Shown here piece after piece: positions 14,642 through 18,627 of a stretch of 18,627 bases of DNA (the stretch's first letter is position 1; the number at the start of each line of letters is the position of its first letter). The stretch comes from a bacterium (GTDB lineage Bacteria > Electryoneota > Electryoneia > Electryoneales > Electryoneaceae): positions 1-18,627 of the forward strand of contig JAZDLX010000212.1 in the NCBI GenBank assembly GCA_043801585.1. The letters are read 5' to 3'. The notes below the pieces were generated by a model. The model ran no database searches. It saw only the letters and a list, made by a program, of their open reading frames with translations, and was not told the DNA's origin. The position numbers were made by a program, and so were the translations under genes.

Positions 14642-15991
14642 TTGGGGCGAAAGATCTACCTGCACCGGCTCGGCTGCCCGAAACTGGACGTCGACCATGA
14701 CCTGCTGGCGGCGGGTCTGGCCGAACAGGGGGCAGTCTTCGTCGAGCAGACGGACTCGGCGGACACGGTCATCATCAGCACCTGCGCGTTCATCGGCGAC
14801 GCCCGCGCCGAAGCGGTCGAGGCGATGCTCGAGGGCGCGAACTGGAAGAGTGAGGCAGCAAACCGCAGTCTCTACGTCACCGGTTGCCTCCCCGCCCGTT
14901 ATCAGGATTCTCTCCGTATCGATCTCCCTGAAGTGGATGGCTGGTTCGGTCCGGGGCAATTCGAGCATTTGATCCACAACCTGTCACCCGATGTCAAAGA
15001 CACCCTGCAACTTGATTCCGACAGCAAGCCACACATCGGGAGAGTCCCCCGCGCCCTCGAGGATCTGCTCGCCAATCTTCGCCGGGCGGAGGAATCCCCT
15101 GTCGCCTACCTGAAAATCGCCGAAGGATGCAACCGGCGCTGCGCCTATTGCGCAATCCCCGACATCCGTGGCCCGTACACAAGCAGGCGGCCTGGATCGA
15201 TCCTGTCGGAGGCCTCACGGCTGCTTTCTCAAGGCGTCCGTGAGATCATCGTCACCGCCCAGGAGGTCAACAGTTACGGCTTCGACCTGGACGACGGCAT
15301 CCGGATCGAACAGCTTCTCCCTCGTCTCGGTGAAATCGTCGCGAAAGAGGACGGCTGGCTGCGAGTTCTCTACACGCACCCGCCCCTGTTCACCGAGGCT
15401 TTCGTGCAGGCGTTGACGGAGACGCCCGCATTTGTTCCCTACCTGGATTTCCCGATCGAGCACACCGACGACGCTGTCCTCAAAGCGATGGGCAGGGGGA
15501 TTACCTGGGCGGAAATGCAACGATGGATAGACCTGCTGCGCTCGCGGATTCCGGATATCGCTCTGCGCACAAGTGTCATTGTCGGGCATCCGGGCGAAAG
15601 AGACGCAGAATTTCGTACATTATTGACCCGGCTGAACGAAGTACATTTCGAACGTCTCGGCGTATTTCGCTATAGCCCAGAGGAGGGAACGAAAGCCGCT
15701 AAACGTTCGGCGCCCACCGAGGAGGCGGCAGTCGCCCGTGAGCTCGAAGTGCAGGAACTCGCCCTCGATCATGCCGACGAATGGTATCGGTCGCGGGTCG
15801 GGCGAACCACGGAAATGCTCGTGGAAGCGATCGGCGAGGACAATCGTCCGCGCGGACGCACTCTCTGGGATGCTCCGGATATTGACGGAGAGGCAGTCTT
15901 CGTTGGAAATGCGCAACATGGAGACATTGTTTGCGGTGTCATACGTGAAGCTGAACCTTTTACGATGACCCTGGAGCCGACAGGACCTTGA
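14642..15991 (+). CDS. rimO: Ribosomal protein S12 methylthiotransferase RimO (radical SAM)
   Basis: LGCPK, TCAFI..A..EAVE, VTGCL, YLKIAEGCNRRCAYCAIP.IRG, SVIVGHPGE, YSPEEGT and DAPDIDG. TTG start lies 6 nt after GAGGAG. Confidence 0.9.
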   Translation: MGRKIYLHRLGCPKLDVDHDLLAAGLAEQGAVFVEQTDSADTVIISTCAFIGDARAEAVEAMLEGANWKSEAANRSLYVTGCLPARYQDSLRIDLPEVDGWFGPGQFEHLIHNLSPDVKDTLQLDSDSKPHIGRVPRALEDLLANLRRAEESPVAYLKIAEGCNRRCAYCAIPDIRGPYTSRRPGSILSEASRLLSQGVREIIVTAQEVNSYGFDLDDGIRIEQLLPRLGEIVAKEDGWLRVLYTHPPLFTEAFVQALTETPAFVPYLDFPIEHTDDAVLKAMGRGITWAEMQRWIDLLRSRIPDIALRTSVIVGHPGERDAEFRTLLTRLNEVHFERLGVFRYSPEEGTKAAKRSAPTEEAAVARELEVQELALDHADEWYRSRVGRTTEMLVEAIGEDNRPRGRTLWDAPDIDGEAVFVGNAQHGDIVCGVIREAEPFTMTLEPTGP

Positions 15992-16004
15992 TCTGAGGAG
16001 AGAA

Positions 16005-17282
16005 ATGACAAAACGCAACCGACAACTGATGTCGACCCTGCTGGTGATGGTCATCGGTGCGTCCGTTTCCTGGGCGCAGCCCGATATGATGAACAAACAG
16101 TTCGCTCAGAACGCACGACCTCTCTTTTACCTCGACGCTGTATCTCTTTTCGGATCGACATCTGAAAAAGCCCAGGTTTTGATTTATATGGATGTTGCCT
16201 ACGAAGACCTGCAGTTTGTCCGGTCAGGGCGCGGGTACGAGGCGACTTATGAAGTAGATCTCTCGGTGCTTGCGGGTCATGATGAGAACGCACCCCGAGT
16301 AACGAATAAAGTCTGGAAAGAGACTGTTGTCGTATCCCGGTACGAAGACACAAACGATCCCGCACAGGTTTCCGTCGCGCAGACGGTCTTTGCACTGCCG
16401 AGCGGTGAATATATGATCGTTGCAAACCTTACAGACCAGGAGTCGAAACGCTCGGCGACGGTGAAACAGATGGTCCAGGTTCCATCCTACGGTCTTGGCG
16501 GCGTTGAAATGTCTGACCTGATTGTTGCGCGAAGCATACGGATCGGCGATGACGGCGCTGTTGAAATCGTGCCCAATGTCGACAAGGTGATCCTCTCGGC
16601 GCGGGAACCGATCTTCATCTATTACGAAGTCCAACCCTACAAAGCGGACAGCCTCGCCATCTACGCCCGGGTACTGAATGCGTCAGGAGATGTTGTTCGC
16701 GAACTTCACCTGAAACGCGAAGCAACCAGGCCGGTGACAAGAGATTACCTCAAGATCAATGTCAAAGACCTGCCCGTCGGCCGTTACGCCTTCGAGATGC
16801 AGGTTTCGGGAAACGGCTACACAGCGTTGAAAGGAACCACCTTCCGGATCCATCTCAGCGGTCTGCCGGGATCTGTCCAGGACCTTGATACAGCCGTCCG
16901 CCAACTCCGATATATCGCAAAAACCAGCGAGATGAAAAAAATCGTGAAAGCTCCTCCCGGCGAAAAAGAGGAATTATTCAAACAATTCTGGAAGGAACGT
17001 GATCCAAGTCCGGGCACGCCGGAGAACGAATTGATGCTGGAGTACTACAGCCGAATCGAACGGGCGAACATCCTGTTCGGAACCTTTCGCAACGGCTGGG
17101 AAACGGACCGCGGGGAGGTCTATATCCGTTTCGGCCCCCCCTCGGAGGTGGAACGCCACCCCTTCGAAATCAACCAGCAGCCCTATGAAATCTGGTACTA
17201 CTACGATTTGCAGCGGCAGTTCATTTTTGTGGACGAGATGGGATACGGTGAATACCGTCTGGTCAGCAACCTGTGGAAATGA
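16005..17282 (+). CDS. GWxTD domain-containing exported protein
   Basis: Signal peptide (VSWA-Q). C-terminal FWKERDPSPGTPENE...YYSRIERAN..F...GWETDRGEVYIRFGPP...YEIWYY. SD GAGGAG. Confidence 0.9.
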   Translation: MTKRNRQLMSTLLVMVIGASVSWAQPDMMNKQFAQNARPLFYLDAVSLFGSTSEKAQVLIYMDVAYEDLQFVRSGRGYEATYEVDLSVLAGHDENAPRVTNKVWKETVVVSRYEDTNDPAQVSVAQTVFALPSGEYMIVANLTDQESKRSATVKQMVQVPSYGLGGVEMSDLIVARSIRIGDDGAVEIVPNVDKVILSAREPIFIYYEVQPYKADSLAIYARVLNASGDVVRELHLKREATRPVTRDYLKINVKDLPVGRYAFEMQVSGNGYTALKGTTFRIHLSGLPGSVQDLDTAVRQLRYIAKTSEMKKIVKAPPGEKEELFKQFWKERDPSPGTPENELMLEYYSRIERANILFGTFRNGWETDRGEVYIRFGPPSEVERHPFEINQQPYEIWYYYDLQRQFIFVDEMGYGEYRLVSNLWK

Positions 17283-18196
17283 CACCCCAGCCTATTTCAC
17301 CCGGCGGCATCCTCACCGCAGTTTCTCCCGCCGGACCCGTCAACCGGAAAGAGGTTGAATCCGGCATTGCCGCCCTTCGTGGGCTCGGTTACACAGTTCA
17401 CACCTCTGCCCACGCCCTTGATTCCGGCGAATACCTTGCGGGTTCCGATTCCGACCGCGCCGATGACCTGATGGCGGCGTTCGGCGATGACAAGAGTGAT
17501 GGGATCATCTGCACCCGCGGCGGATACGGAACCATGCGGCTTCTCCCCCTGCTCGACTGGAAGCTTTTTTCAGATCATCCGAAATCCTTTACCGGTTTCT
17601 CCGACGTCTCCGCACTCCAACTGGCGCTCTGGAAACGGAGTGGCCTTGTCACCTTTTCCGGGCCGCAGCTGGCGAAAGGATTCGGCAGGAATCTCGACGC
17701 CTTTTCGACTCAGCAGTGGCTTCGAATGGTACAGGGTGAAGCCTGGGGAAAACCTTTGCCGATGCCGGACGGGGAAACCCTTGCTCCCGTTGTCGGCGGG
17801 AAAGAGTCCGGTCCATTGCTCGGAGGAAATCTTGCGGTGCTCGCCGCACTCTGCGGAACGGAATGGGCTTCCGGTTTTTCAGGTGCTGTTGTTGTCCTCG
17901 AGGAAATCGACGAGCCGCCCTACCGCATTGATCGGATGCTGACGCAATTGCTGATGACAGGGTCGTTCGACGGGGTGAAAGCGATCCTGCTCGGCCGGTT
18001 CGATCAACACGTGAAAGGCGAGAAGCTCGATCGAACCTCGACCGCCGAGTCTGTGCTGCGCGAAGCTCTCCCCGGGGTGACGCTCGCCAGCGGAGCGCCC
18101 TACGGCCATGTTGGACCCACCTGGACCCTGCCGATCGGCGCATGGGCAACGCTGGACAGCGATGCCGGTACCCTGATTACGGAACCCGCTCGATGA
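17279..18196 (+). CDS. LD-carboxypeptidase (peptidase S66, LdcA/MccF family)
   Basis: VSPAG, YLAGSDSDRA, RGGYG, GFSDVSAL (Ser), GGNL, LEEIDEPPYRIDRML (Glu) and PYGH (His). ATG 17279 overlaps the previous stop. Confidence 0.92.
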   Translation: MTPQPISPGGILTAVSPAGPVNRKEVESGIAALRGLGYTVHTSAHALDSGEYLAGSDSDRADDLMAAFGDDKSDGIICTRGGYGTMRLLPLLDWKLFSDHPKSFTGFSDVSALQLALWKRSGLVTFSGPQLAKGFGRNLDAFSTQQWLRMVQGEAWGKPLPMPDGETLAPVVGGKESGPLLGGNLAVLAALCGTEWASGFSGAVVVLEEIDEPPYRIDRMLTQLLMTGSFDGVKAILLGRFDQHVKGEKLDRTSTAESVLREALPGVTLASGAPYGHVGPTWTLPIGAWATLDSDAGTLITEPAR

Positions 18197-18627
18197 ACCG
18201 CTCTCCCGTTGGAATTGGCATCATGGCATCCGGAAGTGGATCGAACGCGGAGGCGCTCCTCGCTGCCTGCGCGGACGGCCGGTTGAACGCGAAAGGGGTC
18301 CTGGTCGTTTCAAACCTTGCCGACGCCGGGGTTCACCAGGTCGCGAGCGGTTTCGGGGTGCCATGCCGGACCATCCGCCGCGACGATTTCGGAAGCGGGA
18401 AACTGTTTGCAGACACGCTGATCGACGCTTTCCGTGCGGCAGGGACGGATCTGATCTGCCTCGCGGGGTATATGCGAAAAGTGCCGCCGGACCTGATCCG
18501 CGCTTTTCCGAAGGCGATCCTGAACATCCACCCCGCTCTGCTCCCCCGCCACGGCGGCAAGGGGTTGTATGGGATTCGTGTTCATGAAGCGGTGATCGAG
18601 GCTGGGGACAGGGAAACAGGGGTGACC
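18193..18627 (+). CDS. purN: Phosphoribosylglycinamide formyltransferase, truncated at window end
   Basis: Read by hand from ATG 18193 (ATGA overlap): MNRSPVGIGIMASGSGSNAEAL...LAGYMR...LNIHPALLPRHGGKGLYG..VHEAVI.AGDRETGVT. Confidence 0.95.
   Translation, partial: MNRSPVGIGIMASGSGSNAEALLAACADGRLNAKGVLVVSNLADAGVHQVASGFGVPCRTIRRDDFGSGKLFADTLIDAFRAAGTDLICLAGYMRKVPPDLIRAFPKAILNIHPALLPRHGGKGLYGIRVHEAVIEAGDRETGVT

Noticed and set aside
14642..15991. Radical SAM gene as the missing AmrS
   Set aside because: It has the UPF0004 + radical SAM + TRAM layout and motifs of RimO, not a PFL-activase-like enzyme.

Overview
GC-rich bacterial chromosomal window made up mostly of housekeeping genes. The GWxTD protein, the Bacteroidota-type bS22 peptide and the gene order suggest an FCB-superphylum or related candidate lineage; this is inference only. 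The left half (minus strand) holds a lipoprotein with a C-terminal membrane anchor, two tandem inositol-monophosphatase/SuhB paralogues (one with substituted catalytic motifs), a MEMO1 + AMMECR1 pair (amrB/amrA), and a FleS/FleR-like PAS kinase with a sigma54 activator. The right half (plus strand) runs mltD-like transglycosylase, sppA, HU/IHF, a 31-aa bS22/COX24-like ORF missed by the ORF track, DUF2905, xseA, xseB, nadK, ftsY, rimO, a GWxTD protein, an S66 LD-carboxypeptidase and a truncated purN. The most unusual signal is non-coding. Three consecutive intergenic gaps (xseB-nadK, nadK-ftsY, ftsY-rimO) each hold an AT-rich ~90-97 bp doublet of inverted hairpins. Their stem sequences differ, but they share a 9-nt N-GAC-A/G loop and a 74-76 bp loop-to-loop distance, which suggests a structure-conserved REPIN/BIME-like family. 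All calls come from motif recognition by eye; no searches were run.
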